A stretch of 64,000 nucleotides of DNA from a bacterium (GTDB taxonomy: Bacteria > Zhuqueibacterota > Zhuqueibacteria > Residuimicrobiales > Krinioviventaceae), in NCBI GenBank assembly GCA_963693055.1, contig OY843751.1:6400001-6464000 (forward strand). Reading direction: 5' to 3'. The notes beneath the pieces are model-generated. The model was not told the DNA's origin. It saw only the letters and a list, made by a program, of their open reading frames with translations, and ran no database searches. The translations under genes and the position numbers were made by a program. Shown piece after piece: positions 48,810 to 59,449 of this stretch; position 1 is the stretch's first letter, and each line of letters opens with the position of its first letter.

Positions 48810-50219
48810 TTACCAGCCCATATCCAGTTTTTGCAGATTATCCGGTGACAATGCAGGGATCTTGGGCAGCGTTTCACCATTGATTACTACATTATCCATG
48901 CGGATGTTTTTGGCCATTTTTAAATAATAGGCCTGACGGGCCTTGTTGATGGTTATATCTTTGAACAGAATATTCTGTAATTGCGATTCGGGATGACCCT
49001 GAGCAAAAATTCCATAATTGTCTGCAATTCCGCAGGTAATATTTTCTATAACAAAATTGCGGAACAATGGTGGAAAATGGTTTCCGCGGTGCCCCTGGTA
49101 ATTGGGTTCAAACCGGATACAGGCACCAATAGCACGATTGACCTTTACATTGCGTATATAGACTTCTTCGATCCTGCCGCCGCGGTCGAGGTTGCCCTTG
49201 AAATAAACCGTAGACAAGGCTGTATCTACTGTACAGTTTTCCATAAAAACATGACGAACACTGGCAGACATTTCACTGCCAATGCACAGGCCGTTACATT
49301 TAGACAGGATGTTGCAATTGCGAATGACCACGTTCTCAGTGGGGCGTCCAACGCGCCATGCATCCTGATCGCGTCCGGCTTTGATCGCAACACCATCATC
49401 ACCGGTATTAAATGTGCAATTCTCTATCAGCACATTGCTGCTGCCATCGGGATCGCAGCCATCATTGTTGGTGTTCCAACTATTAACTGTCACATTCCGC
49501 ACTATTACATTCTCGCAATAAACCGGATGAATGATCCAGAACGGTGAGTCTTTGATGGTTACACCATCAATTAAAACATTATTGCAGCCAAACGGTTGTA
49601 TCAGGCTGGGGCGCAAAAAATGACCCTGGCCAAAAATACGTTCATTCACAGGCGCCAGATCGTTACCCAATTGACGCAGGGTCAACTGGTCTGTTTTTTG
49701 TTTGTGAATCCAGCCGGCAAATTCAACCTTTGCATTGCCGTCAATGGTGCCCTTGCCGGTGATGGCTATATTAGTGGCCTCATAGGCGTAAATGATGGGA
49801 GAATAGTTGTACACTTCTACACCTTCCCAGCGGGTTAGAACAACGGGAAGAAAATCTTTGGGTTCTCCGCTGAATTCGAGTTTGGAACCTTCTTCAAGAT
49901 AAAGATGAACATTGCTTTTCAAATGAAGCGGGCCATTAATGCGATAGGTGCCGGCAGGGACAATAATGGTACCGCCACTTTCGAGATTACATTCGGCAAT
50001 GGCCTTGTCGAATGCCGTTTTACAATCGGTTTTGCCGTCTGCAACTGCGCCAAAGTCGGTAATATTCCAGGACTGGTCCGGGAACACCGGTTCATGGATT
50101 TGATCGAGAATCCAGTCCACCCGGTCCCAACCGGTTACCTGGCCCCGCTTTGCATTTTGAGGAGAACAGGCCAGAGTGATCAAGAGTGGCAGTATAAAAA
50201 GTGACAATTTTTTCAACAT
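48810..50219 (-). CDS. Polygalacturonase-like GH28 lipoprotein
   Basis: NNDG, TGDDG.AIKAG, IGSEMS; lipobox TLAC. Confidence 0.9.
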   Translation of the reverse strand: MLKKLSLFILPLLITLACSPQNAKRGQVTGWDRVDWILDQIHEPVFPDQSWNITDFGAVADGKTDCKTAFDKAIAECNLESGGTIIVPAGTYRINGPLHLKSNVHLYLEEGSKLEFSGEPKDFLPVVLTRWEGVEVYNYSPIIYAYEATNIAITGKGTIDGNAKVEFAGWIHKQKTDQLTLRQLGNDLAPVNERIFGQGHFLRPSLIQPFGCNNVLIDGVTIKDSPFWIIHPVYCENVIVRNVTVNSWNTNNDGCDPDGSSNVLIENCTFNTGDDGVAIKAGRDQDAWRVGRPTENVVIRNCNILSKCNGLCIGSEMSASVRHVFMENCTVDTALSTVYFKGNLDRGGRIEEVYIRNVKVNRAIGACIRFEPNYQGHRGNHFPPLFRNFVIENITCGIADNYGIFAQGHPESQLQNILFKDITINKARQAYYLKMAKNIRMDNVVINGETLPKIPALSPDNLQKLDMGW

Positions 50220-50261
50220 AATACTTCCTTTATTCAATGATTATATATAATATCCAAAATT

Positions 50262-51581
50262 TTAAACCAGAAACAGAGTCAAAAGTGAAATAACAGCAAT
50301 ACCAACACACCCCTGCGCCAGTGTTGCCAATGTATGCGCACGAAGAGCAGTAGAGGTATCCATATCCGAGAATTGTGAAACTACCCAGAAATAGCTATCG
50401 TTAGCGTGAGATACAGTCATGGCACCGGCACCAATAGCCAGTACAACCAGTGCTTTGCCTGCCGCTGCTGCCAGACCCAATGCTCCCAGCATTGGCGAAA
50501 CCAGTGCGGCTGTGGTTATGATGGCCACCGTCGATGATCCCTGTGCGGTTTTCAATACTGCCGCAATCACAAATGGCAGCAGAATGCCAATGTTCCATTG
50601 TGTCAAAGTTGTTCCCAGGGTATCTCCAATATTGGTGGCGCGCAAAATGGCTCCAAACGCACCTCCCGCACCGGTGATGAGAATGATGGTTCCTGCGCTT
50701 TTGAGTCCGTCACCCACCCAATCGAAGAGTTTGCCATCAGAATTATTTCTTTTCAGGATGAATGCCAGAAACACACCCAACAACAGCGCAATTACCGGAT
50801 GTCCTGTAAAGATGAGCAGGGATTGCAGTCCACCTGTTATGGGCGAACCCGGATAAGAGGCTACTGATCGCAAAGCGATCAAAATGATGGGTACCAACAG
50901 CGGAGCCAGTGAAGGCAAAAGCCCCGGCATTTTGTTTTCATCTAAAATCGGGGCGTCTGAATCGTGCGGGATGATGGAAAATCGTTTAGCATAAAATAAC
51001 GCCCATAGCAAACCCGCGGCTGCCGTGGGGATAGATACTATTAATCCCAGAATTAATACCAGACCTACATCCGCGCCAAGGGTTGCCGCAGCAGCCAGAG
51101 GACCCGGGGTTGGGGGGACAAACACATGGGTGGTATAGAGCCCTGTGCCCAGAGCAACGGCCAATACCGCCAGCGATATGCCCGTTCGTTTGCTGATGGC
51201 CCGGTTGAGTGTAGAGAGAATAACAAAGCCAGAATCGCAAAATACGGGTATGGAAACAACAAACCCGGTAATGCTCATTGCCAATGGAGAGCGCTTATCA
51301 CCGGTAATGGAAAGGATGGAGGACGCCAGCTTTTGCGCACTGCCGCTCTTTTCTAAAAAAGTACCAATGATGGTACCGAAAGCGATAACAATACCAATGC
51401 TCTTTAGCGTACCTCCGAACCCAGCGGTGAGTGTATCCATAATCTCGGTGGTGCTCAAGCCAGAAAGAAATCCCATGGCAATTGCCGCAATGAGCAATGA
51501 TAAAAATGGGTGCAGACTTAATTTTGTAGTAGACATAACTATAAAGACCATAATGAGAACAAGAAAAACCAGGGTCAGCAT
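50262..51581 (-). CDS. GntP family sugar-acid permease
   Basis: SIPVFCDSG, VPPTPGP, KTAQGSSTVA, SHANDSYFWV. Confidence 0.92.
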   Translation of the reverse strand: MLTLVFLVLIMVFIVMSTTKLSLHPFLSLLIAAIAMGFLSGLSTTEIMDTLTAGFGGTLKSIGIVIAFGTIIGTFLEKSGSAQKLASSILSITGDKRSPLAMSITGFVVSIPVFCDSGFVILSTLNRAISKRTGISLAVLAVALGTGLYTTHVFVPPTPGPLAAAATLGADVGLVLILGLIVSIPTAAAGLLWALFYAKRFSIIPHDSDAPILDENKMPGLLPSLAPLLVPIILIALRSVASYPGSPITGGLQSLLIFTGHPVIALLLGVFLAFILKRNNSDGKLFDWVGDGLKSAGTIILITGAGGAFGAILRATNIGDTLGTTLTQWNIGILLPFVIAAVLKTAQGSSTVAIITTAALVSPMLGALGLAAAAGKALVVLAIGAGAMTVSHANDSYFWVVSQFSDMDTSTALRAHTLATLAQGCVGIAVISLLTLFLV

Positions 51582-51602
51582 TTTGGCTCCTTTTTCAGGT
51601 TT

Positions 51603-52634
51603 TTAAACGGTGCGGTCATAATTCAGATTTTCATAATAGTCGAATCCGGTGCCCATTTTTTCTTTTAATGGTGCGGTAATGGATTCAATCTCTTCTATAA
51701 CATCCTCAAATATGGGTGGTTTTAAAGCATCCACATTGCTTTGCATTTGTTCCGCGTTACGAGCACCAATGAGAGCGCTTGTGACAGCAGGATTATGAAT
51801 TGCCCATTGTAAGGATAACGAAAGCAGAGATGAATTACTTGCGTCTGCCAGTTTAAACAGGTTTTGCAATGCAGTCTCTATTTCATCGTCAAAACCATTT
51901 TCGCCATGACGGCTCAGTTCATTCTTGCGGCTGTCAAAGTGACGGGTGCGGGTACGGATTGGGGGTACATCCTGAATGGATTTAAATTTTCCCGAGAGCA
52001 AACCCTGCATGAGCGTATTATAAGTGATAATACCTACTCCATTGTCCTGACAGAATTGTGCGGTATCATATTCAATGGCACGAGAGAACAGGTTATAGGG
52101 TAACTGGTTTACCGCGTATTTGACATTCATGTCATTAACCTTTTTCATATAAGGAATGCCATGGTTGCTGATCCCAATATGGCGGATCTTGCCATCTTGC
52201 TGCAGTTTGAGCAGAACAGCCAGCACGTCATCATAAGTGGGCTGTTTGTCCAAATGCCCTACAGTTTTTTCATTCAGGGGCCAATGAATCATGTAAATGT
52301 CCACATAATCCATGTTTAACCGCGTCAATGAATTTTCAAAATGTTCGGTAAGCATATCGGGATGGCTGTTTTGCGGCCAGACTTTGGTGCCAATAATGTA
52401 TTTGTCTCTGGCAACATCCCGTAGAGCGTGGCCCAGTGAAACTTCGCTGCGTCCATCGTTGTATCCTTCTGCCGTATCAAAATAGTTGATGCCGTTATCA
52501 ATTGCATTGTGTACAACAGCGTAAACATCGTTCTGGTCCTGCTGGCCCCAGTAATCTCCACCGCCGAATGACCAGCATCCAATTCCCAGGGCAGAGAGTT
52601 CAAGATCGGTGTTTCCACATTTTCTTAACTGCAT
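51603..52634 (-). CDS. Aldo/keto reductase
   Basis: GINYFDTAEGY, IGTKV, YMIHWP, IGISN, NQLPYNL, LIGAR. Confidence 0.9.
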   Translation of the reverse strand: MQLRKCGNTDLELSALGIGCWSFGGGDYWGQQDQNDVYAVVHNAIDNGINYFDTAEGYNDGRSEVSLGHALRDVARDKYIIGTKVWPQNSHPDMLTEHFENSLTRLNMDYVDIYMIHWPLNEKTVGHLDKQPTYDDVLAVLLKLQQDGKIRHIGISNHGIPYMKKVNDMNVKYAVNQLPYNLFSRAIEYDTAQFCQDNGVGIITYNTLMQGLLSGKFKSIQDVPPIRTRTRHFDSRKNELSRHGENGFDDEIETALQNLFKLADASNSSLLSLSLQWAIHNPAVTSALIGARNAEQMQSNVDALKPPIFEDVIEEIESITAPLKEKMGTGFDYYENLNYDRTV

Positions 52635-52635
52635 A

Positions 52636-53289
52636 TTAAAATTCCTGTAATGGTTTGAGTGTAATATTTTTAAAAGCGGCTTTTGTCCAGAATGAAGCAA
52701 GCCCCAAAGGACACGAATCTTTAACTTCATCCCTTATACCAATTGCTTTGCCTGTCGTTTCCGTATCTACAATTTCCTTGTCATCCAGCCAGGCTTGAAT
52801 ATTGTTCTCGGTAACACGTAAACGGATGTGATACCATTTTTTATTTTCAAACATAAATGCATTTGTGGTTTCGTTCTCGGCGGCATCCTCTCCGTTAATG
52901 CTTGAAAGTCCCAAGGTGTATCCACCCCAGCCACCCAGAATCAGGCTGCAATGAGAATCGTTATAGGGAAATGTGAGTCCTAAAAAGAAATCACTACCAT
53001 CAAGTCTTACGGCATCCAGCTCTATTTCATAATTTTGCCGGATGAGAGGCCCGTACCAGGTGACTCCTGAGAGATAACCACCCATTTCAAGGACGATGGA
53101 ACTGTCCTGTACATAGATATCTCCATTATATAAAAAGTCACTGATCTTCCAGTAACCCAGTTTTTCTCCGTCAAACAGAGAGACTTTTTCGCCCGGTTTA
53201 TAAAAGTCTTCCGGTGCGATTTGAGGTAATTGTGAAGCACAGGAGAACAAAGTCAGTGTAAAAAGCAGGGTAAGAATTGGTTTTGTCAT
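52636..53289 (-). CDS. DUF1080 (3-keto-disaccharide hydrolase-like) lipoprotein
   Basis: SLFDG..L..W, NYEIEL, WYHIRLRV, FKNI.LK; lipobox FSC. Confidence 0.78.
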   Translation of the reverse strand: MTKPILTLLFTLTLFSCASQLPQIAPEDFYKPGEKVSLFDGEKLGYWKISDFLYNGDIYVQDSSIVLEMGGYLSGVTWYGPLIRQNYEIELDAVRLDGSDFFLGLTFPYNDSHCSLILGGWGGYTLGLSSINGEDAAENETTNAFMFENKKWYHIRLRVTENNIQAWLDDKEIVDTETTGKAIGIRDEVKDSCPLGLASFWTKAAFKNITLKPLQEF

Positions 53290-53302
53290 GTAATTCTCTT
53301 GG

Positions 53303-54832
53303 TTATTGAGTTACCGCTGTTTCATTTGCATTGTTGCTAAATTTTATAGGTGTTTTGCTGTATCTTAAATGGTTATTAAGCAAGGTTATGTTTTTTGTGC
53401 TGCTGTCAGAAATTTCCAGAAAAATATCTGTGTCTTTTGCTGCACGGCAATCTCTGATTAGAGCAGTTTCAATCCTGTCCAATATCATGACCGGTATGGC
53501 AGATAAAGGTTTTCTGCTGGTTACATTGTCCAGTTCAAGGTCGGTAGATGCTTTTACCGTCAAGGCCGGACCTTTTTTGACATTGATTTCTACATCCCGC
53601 AAGGTTAGATTGTCGGTAAAGCTGGCTTCCAGGCCGATTTCCGCATCAAGATACACATCAGACAATACAACGCCGTACATGGGGGCTTCGGGCAGGCCCC
53701 AAATCTCACCGGCTTTTTTAATGTTGGTGCCAGTAATATGGCTGTAACGGATATTACGAAAATGGGGAGTAGTCTCATCCACAGGTAATGCAATTTCATC
53801 TTTGCTGCCGTAAAACATATCCAGTGAAATACCGGTACCCACATTTTCCATAATGATATTGCTGGCGCGGATGTTCTCCACCACATTGCCGCGACCTCTG
53901 GCGGATTTGACCCGTAATCCCCGATACGTATCTTTGAACACACAATTACTGATGGTCACATTGCGTACGCCGCCGGAAGTCTCACTGCCAATACCAATGG
54001 CACTACGGCCATGTTTGAACGTACAGTTTGCAATGACGATATTTTCGCAGGGAATATTGACCCGTCGGCCATCCTTGTTATAACCGGATTTGATGGTGAT
54101 ACAGTCATCTCCACAGTCCACAAAACAGTTGAAAATACGAACATTGTTACACGATTCCGGATTAATACCATCTGTATTGGGTGATTCGTAGGGTTGGATG
54201 ATGGAAATATTTTCTATAGTAACATTTTCACAATACACGGGATGCACTGTCCATGATGGTGAGTCGAGCAGGGTAATATCGCGAATTAATACATTTTTAC
54301 AGTTATAGAGATTGATCATACGGGGTCTTGCCCACTTTAATGGCGAATCGGGTGGATTATCCTGTTCGCGTTCGGTAATGCCCGCTTTTTTGCGCATTTC
54401 ACTGTTGATTTGATGCGCGTCCCACCATACTTGTCCATTGCCATTCAGGGTACCCCTGCCGGTTATGGAAATATTTTCAAGATTGTGACCGGTAATCAAT
54501 GATGAATGGATGGTGCGTTCTATGCCCGCGTAACGTCCTTCAACCGGGGGATAGTGGTCAAAGTTCTCGCTGCCTTGCAGTACCGCGCCTGTCATGATCT
54601 CCAGGTTGACATTACTTTTCATAAATAATGCGCCAGTGAGATACTTACCAGGAGGAACAATCACTTTGCCACCGGTTTTTGTGCAGGCGTCTATTGCTTT
54701 TTGAATGGACTGCGTGTTCAACGTTGTACCGTCACCTTTGGCACCAAAATCCGTTATATCATAAACGCCAATGGAAGCCCAGACCAGAGAGTGATACAGT
54801 AGCGTTATTGTTATTAAAAGGATTCTTTGCAT
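53303..54832 (-). CDS. Polygalacturonase-like GH28
   Basis: NTDG, GDDCITIKSG, IGSETSGG, RVKS. Confidence 0.92.
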   Translation of the reverse strand: MQRILLITITLLYHSLVWASIGVYDITDFGAKGDGTTLNTQSIQKAIDACTKTGGKVIVPPGKYLTGALFMKSNVNLEIMTGAVLQGSENFDHYPPVEGRYAGIERTIHSSLITGHNLENISITGRGTLNGNGQVWWDAHQINSEMRKKAGITEREQDNPPDSPLKWARPRMINLYNCKNVLIRDITLLDSPSWTVHPVYCENVTIENISIIQPYESPNTDGINPESCNNVRIFNCFVDCGDDCITIKSGYNKDGRRVNIPCENIVIANCTFKHGRSAIGIGSETSGGVRNVTISNCVFKDTYRGLRVKSARGRGNVVENIRASNIIMENVGTGISLDMFYGSKDEIALPVDETTPHFRNIRYSHITGTNIKKAGEIWGLPEAPMYGVVLSDVYLDAEIGLEASFTDNLTLRDVEINVKKGPALTVKASTDLELDNVTSRKPLSAIPVMILDRIETALIRDCRAAKDTDIFLEISDSSTKNITLLNNHLRYSKTPIKFSNNANETAVTQ

Positions 54833-54843
54833 TGCCTGTTTCC

Positions 54844-56013
54844 TCAATTATTCATATCAATTTTGACTGAATATACTTGTGGTGAACCGGATTTGTCTGT
54901 GCTGAACAGAACCCGGCTGCCATCCGGGCTGAAATGGGGGTGCGGATGTGAGGGCTGGCCGTTCCAGCTTGAATCGTGACGAAACAGGGGGCGGGTCTCT
55001 GAAATTTTACGATCATTAATGGTGAACAAGGTCAGTACCATACCATCGTTAACATCTGCTACCCAGTGACGTCCGTCTTTGAACATTTGTGAGTGAGCGT
55101 ATTTGACTGGGGCTTCCATCAGGTAAGCATCGCTGCCATTGGGGGCGCAAGATCCAAGAAACTCTTTACCCTTGTTGGGCCCAAACTTGTAGCGGGCAGA
55201 ATAGCCCATACGTGAGCCGTCCGGGAACCAGAACTCGTGCGTGCGGTGAATGCCAAATTCCTGTGGTCCCACGGGGCCACCGTCCGTACCATCAATATTG
55301 ATCCACCAGACACGGAGGGGGGTAGCACCTCGGGTGCCGGGGTAATCTCCGTTTTTGTACAGATGCTGCCAGCAATAGGAAACGATTTTAGGATTTGTTG
55401 GATTGGCCTGCAAATGCCCGATTACAAAACCATAATCCGGAGAGATTTGAACTGTTTCTCCGGTCTCTGTACTAATTTTTATGATAGCAAAAGGTCCCAG
55501 TTGCATGGGAGATGCGTTGGGATTTGATTTGGATTTGTCGATAGTGGTAACAATCCATTTACCGTCGCAGGTAATGGTCATAGAGCGTGGGGGACCCGGT
55601 AATTCTTTGACGGTTTTTGCTTCATAGGTTTTTGTATTCAGGGCTTTGATGGTATTGCCGGTAACGATCCAGGCAGTATTTAGATTGGGCCAATGCCAGA
55701 TGTTGGTGCTCAGATCTTTTTCATCTGTCATTTGTACCATTTCACCGCTTTGCAGATCAAGATTGTATAATTGCAAAGAGCCACTGCGTTCTGAAAATAT
55801 AATTGCATGGTCGTTATTGATAAAAGATTCAATGTTGAAATAGAGGTGCCAACTCCTTGCATCATGTTGTGTATATTGGGTTATTTCACAACCAAATTCT
55901 GGATCTGTCCAGATCTTTATTTCAGAAGGCCAAACTTTACCAACGTCCGAAGCGTATCCCGGAATGGAGTAAAGAATAATGAAAATCCCCCAAAATAACG
56001 TTTTCAGTTGCAT
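54844..56013 (-). CDS. Oligogalacturonate lyase-like (PL22) beta-propeller
   Basis: WTDP..G.EI, HLYF, THEFW.PDGS, HPHPHFSPDG..VLFSTD. Confidence 0.8.
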   Translation of the reverse strand: MQLKTLFWGIFIILYSIPGYASDVGKVWPSEIKIWTDPEFGCEITQYTQHDARSWHLYFNIESFINNDHAIIFSERSGSLQLYNLDLQSGEMVQMTDEKDLSTNIWHWPNLNTAWIVTGNTIKALNTKTYEAKTVKELPGPPRSMTITCDGKWIVTTIDKSKSNPNASPMQLGPFAIIKISTETGETVQISPDYGFVIGHLQANPTNPKIVSYCWQHLYKNGDYPGTRGATPLRVWWINIDGTDGGPVGPQEFGIHRTHEFWFPDGSRMGYSARYKFGPNKGKEFLGSCAPNGSDAYLMEAPVKYAHSQMFKDGRHWVADVNDGMVLTLFTINDRKISETRPLFRHDSSWNGQPSHPHPHFSPDGSRVLFSTDKSGSPQVYSVKIDMNN

Positions 56014-56061
56014 AAGTCTCCCGCAAAGCGTTGTCTGAAAATGGCATTATGACAAAATTTC

Positions 56062-56104
56062 AAAAAATAATACCGGGTCCTGAATTAAGACCAGAGGACC
56101 CGGT
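56062..56104 (-). terminator. Probable intrinsic terminator
   Basis: accgggtcct/aggacccggt stem with U-rich tail on the minus strand. Confidence 0.65.
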
Positions 56105-56122
56105 TAAGAACAATAAGGGAAA

Positions 56123-57583
56123 TCAAACCTTTTTAGGAACAACAAAGGGTTTTCTATATTTTCTGGTGAGGTATTTATTGGCTTTACGTGCATGTTTACC
56201 TTTAAATTCCTCATCATTATTATCGACTGTTAACCAGGGACCGCTGGTGATAGGTGTGGTAGAAAGGTCTATCTCGTTTTTCTCAAGATGTGTGGTAATG
56301 CTTTTCAATGTTTCCAGATCATGTTTGTAATTGGGAAGCATTTCACGAATTTCTTCGGGTGAAGCATCTTTGCCGGTGCGGTATGAAGCGTTTGCCATGT
56401 GGCATAAAGAGCTCGAGTAATGGCATTCTTCAACTTCGGCATGTAAAATTTTTCTGTCTCGGTTTCTAACGGCTTCAATAAAGTTTTCAAAGTGCTTTTC
56501 GCCACCGTCACCGGGGAATTGTTTTTGTTTCTTGTTGTCATTTCCATAAACCCAGCCGCCGCCGCGACCGCCGGCAAAATAACCGTTTTCGCACTGGATG
56601 ATGTTACCCATGCGCACACCCCGTAAATGGTCCATAGCTCTTACACCAGCTGACATTGGAAGGCCGCGTAGTTCAATAATTATGGGTACCTCATCATAAT
56701 CAAAAAGTGCAAATTGGGTATTGGGTGTTTGTGCATTGTCGTCAACAACAAAACGACCGCCAAAGCTCATAATACGTTTGGGAAATCCCTGAACTCCGGA
56801 TGCAAAACGGCAGTCATCTATCTGGTGCACACCCAGGTTGCCCATATCTCCGTTACCGGTGTTCCAGAACCAGTGCCAGTCATAATGAAGATTGGGACGC
56901 ATGAGTGGATCCATAGGAGCAGGACCACACCACAGATTATAATCAACAGTTGCTGGAATGGGTTGAGGCTCGGTGACTTTACCAATGCCGGGACGTTCTT
57001 TGTACCATAATCCGTGTATCCATTTGATCTTGCCCAGGTTGCCTTCCTGAATGTACTGGACGGCATCGCGAAAGCCAATATCTGAACGGTTTTGAGTTCC
57101 GGCTTGCACAATTTTGTCGTATTTACGAGCAGCTTTGACCAGCTGGCGACCTTCCCATACATTGTGGGAGATGGGTTTTTCTACATATACATCTTTGCCT
57201 GCCTGACACGCCCAAATGGCAAGTAAAGAATGCCAATGGTTGGGTGTAGCGATCATGACAGCATCTATATCTTTATCGTCAAGCAGTTCGCGGGCATCAC
57301 GATAAGTTTTAACATTCTCTCCCAGATCTTTGGCGATTTGTGCTTCACGGTCCAGAATGTCCTGGTCTACATCACATAGAGCAACAATACGAACGCCGGG
57401 TATTTTTCTAAACATCTCTGTATCTTGTTTGCCTTTAGACCGAAGCCCAATCATACCCATACGTATATCACTGTTGGCCCCCAGTACCTTTGAATCATTG
57501 AGGAGAACATTGCCGGCCAGTGCCAAAGAAGCTCCTCCTGCTAGTGTTTTTTGAATAAAATCTCTTCTGGTAATGGAACTCAT
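56123..57583 (-). CDS. Gfo/Idh/MocA oxidoreductase, Tat-exported
   Basis: TRRDFIQ; ATPNHWH; VYVEKP; GNLGVHQID. Confidence 0.92.
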   Translation of the reverse strand: MSSITRRDFIQKTLAGGASLALAGNVLLNDSKVLGANSDIRMGMIGLRSKGKQDTEMFRKIPGVRIVALCDVDQDILDREAQIAKDLGENVKTYRDARELLDDKDIDAVMIATPNHWHSLLAIWACQAGKDVYVEKPISHNVWEGRQLVKAARKYDKIVQAGTQNRSDIGFRDAVQYIQEGNLGKIKWIHGLWYKERPGIGKVTEPQPIPATVDYNLWCGPAPMDPLMRPNLHYDWHWFWNTGNGDMGNLGVHQIDDCRFASGVQGFPKRIMSFGGRFVVDDNAQTPNTQFALFDYDEVPIIIELRGLPMSAGVRAMDHLRGVRMGNIIQCENGYFAGGRGGGWVYGNDNKKQKQFPGDGGEKHFENFIEAVRNRDRKILHAEVEECHYSSSLCHMANASYRTGKDASPEEIREMLPNYKHDLETLKSITTHLEKNEIDLSTTPITSGPWLTVDNNDEEFKGKHARKANKYLTRKYRKPFVVPKKV

Positions 57584-57769
57584 ATATACCTCACTTTCAA
57601 AAGTTGAATATTTTAATATATAAAAAGAGATTCACAAATCAAGAAGCATTATTTTTTGCAAGTCGGTTGAGTATATCAGTTTTTAAAAATAATAGTTGTA
57701 ACTTATTGTTTTTGTTGAAAGTGAACTTGTGAATCCAAAGTGTTCCAAAATGTTAAAAATTGTAAATAT

Positions 57770-59389
57770 TTAATTTGTTTCAATTTCATATAATGTCATA
57801 CTATGGCGCGGAATACTAAAATTGAAAAGCAGATTTTTGTTTTTAATTTGTACAGTATTTGTTTCTTTAACAGTCAATTCAGCAATATGAGTTAATTGAT
57901 CAATTTGTTCAATAGTAAACGTTGTCGGGCTACCCATTTGCTGCCAGGCCCGGTATGTATTGTGCGAATCTCTATCCATTTTATACGCTCGGATTGTTGC
58001 AGATGTCCCTTCCAATTTATCAAGAGTAATGGAAAGACGGTCTTGAATAGATAGATCTGTATCTGTTTCATTATAATTGTAAACGATGAATTGCAGGTGT
58101 TTGTTGCATTTTTTTGCAGCAAGTACGCCCAGTCGTCCACCTGGTTTTGGACCGGTTACTTTTAATCTTTGATTGCCCAGTTTTGCAAGCATTTCGTATC
58201 CGGTTAGAATGGGCTTGGGAATGTTTCCGGCTGTGGTCAATTCCCGGTTACCGTTAAAGGGGATGTTTAACTCTGCCTCCCAATTAAACCCCCAATACAG
58301 CAGCAGCCGGGTTTCGAAATTATGATCATCCCGAATGGCAAACATGCAATCTATCATTTTGGTTAAAAACAATGCGGAAGCTTCGCTGTTTCTGTATTCC
58401 AACTCGGGATGTCTGCTAACGGTCCGTTGAAAATGTGAAGACATGCCCCACTCGTTTAGATGAAATTCAACATCCTTTAATTCAGGATATTTGTTAACCA
58501 GGCGTTGGAGCCATAAAATTTGCTGATTAAAGCGGTTCACGGATGGATACAATAGAGGAGATTTTTCCAACCAGGAACCCGAAAGTCCATATATGTGATA
58601 TGAAAAGAAATCTATGGGAGAACCGACTTGGCCGGTTACATAGTTGGTCCCATGGGTTACATGGTCAAAGAATTCTTTTAAAAAAGATAAATGAAAACAA
58701 CCCGGTCCACCAACTTTGTATTCCGGATCAAAGGATTTAATAACGTGAGAGAAAACATCATACAGTCTGAAAAAAACATCAATATGTTCATGCGGCCAAT
58801 TGTCGGGCTCGTTCCAAACTTCAAAATACCAGGTACGTAGTTCCTTTTGGCCAAATTCCTGGGTCAGGTTTTGCATAAACTTTTGCAGCAGTGTTTCCCA
58901 TTCCTGCCAGTCTCTGGGAGCACCCACTTTGAAGCCAAAGCCTTCATCGTTAATATTCATTTCAAAATCAGCAGACATGCCATCAGGGAAAAAGTCAAAT
59001 TCCACAATCGGTTTGATGCCATTTTTTACATATTGGTGAAATGTCTGGTTAATGATAGAAAAATCATAGTGGATGTTACCTTTGTCGTCAATGATGGCAA
59101 CATTACCACCGATAGGGCCTCCGGCAGCCTTGTCCAACTTTACTTTATTGCTGAATGTATAATGCGTACGCATATAGCGCATGGATTGGTGCTCGTTGAA
59201 CCGTTTCAGCAGTTCCTGGCCCATGGGTCGATTTACAAGGCGGAATAAAAAGTCCTGACCGCAAGCTTGCCAGAATTTTGTGTTCGGCCCTGAAATTTCT
59301 TTAGAATCTATAGTAAACGAAGCATCCAGTGCAAGTAATGTCACTGGAAGAATTAGAATGAATATGATGAGTGCTTTACGTAAACGCAT
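57770..59389 (-). CDS. GH39 glycosidase (beta-xylosidase-like)
   Basis: FEVWNEPD acid/base, VGGP, DFFSYH.Y, LNEW nucleophile; signal peptide. Confidence 0.87.
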   Translation of the reverse strand: MRLRKALIIFILILPVTLLALDASFTIDSKEISGPNTKFWQACGQDFLFRLVNRPMGQELLKRFNEHQSMRYMRTHYTFSNKVKLDKAAGGPIGGNVAIIDDKGNIHYDFSIINQTFHQYVKNGIKPIVEFDFFPDGMSADFEMNINDEGFGFKVGAPRDWQEWETLLQKFMQNLTQEFGQKELRTWYFEVWNEPDNWPHEHIDVFFRLYDVFSHVIKSFDPEYKVGGPGCFHLSFLKEFFDHVTHGTNYVTGQVGSPIDFFSYHIYGLSGSWLEKSPLLYPSVNRFNQQILWLQRLVNKYPELKDVEFHLNEWGMSSHFQRTVSRHPELEYRNSEASALFLTKMIDCMFAIRDDHNFETRLLLYWGFNWEAELNIPFNGNRELTTAGNIPKPILTGYEMLAKLGNQRLKVTGPKPGGRLGVLAAKKCNKHLQFIVYNYNETDTDLSIQDRLSITLDKLEGTSATIRAYKMDRDSHNTYRAWQQMGSPTTFTIEQIDQLTHIAELTVKETNTVQIKNKNLLFNFSIPRHSMTLYEIETN

Positions 59390-59410
59390 GTGTTCTCCCG
59401 GATATGCAGA

Positions 59411-59440
59411 AAAACCCGGTTGAATATTCAACCGGGTTTT
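59411..59440. terminator. Perfect 30-bp palindrome, probable terminator
   Basis: aaaacccggttgaatattcaaccgggtttt. Confidence 0.7.
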
Positions 59441-59449
59441 ATATAATTA

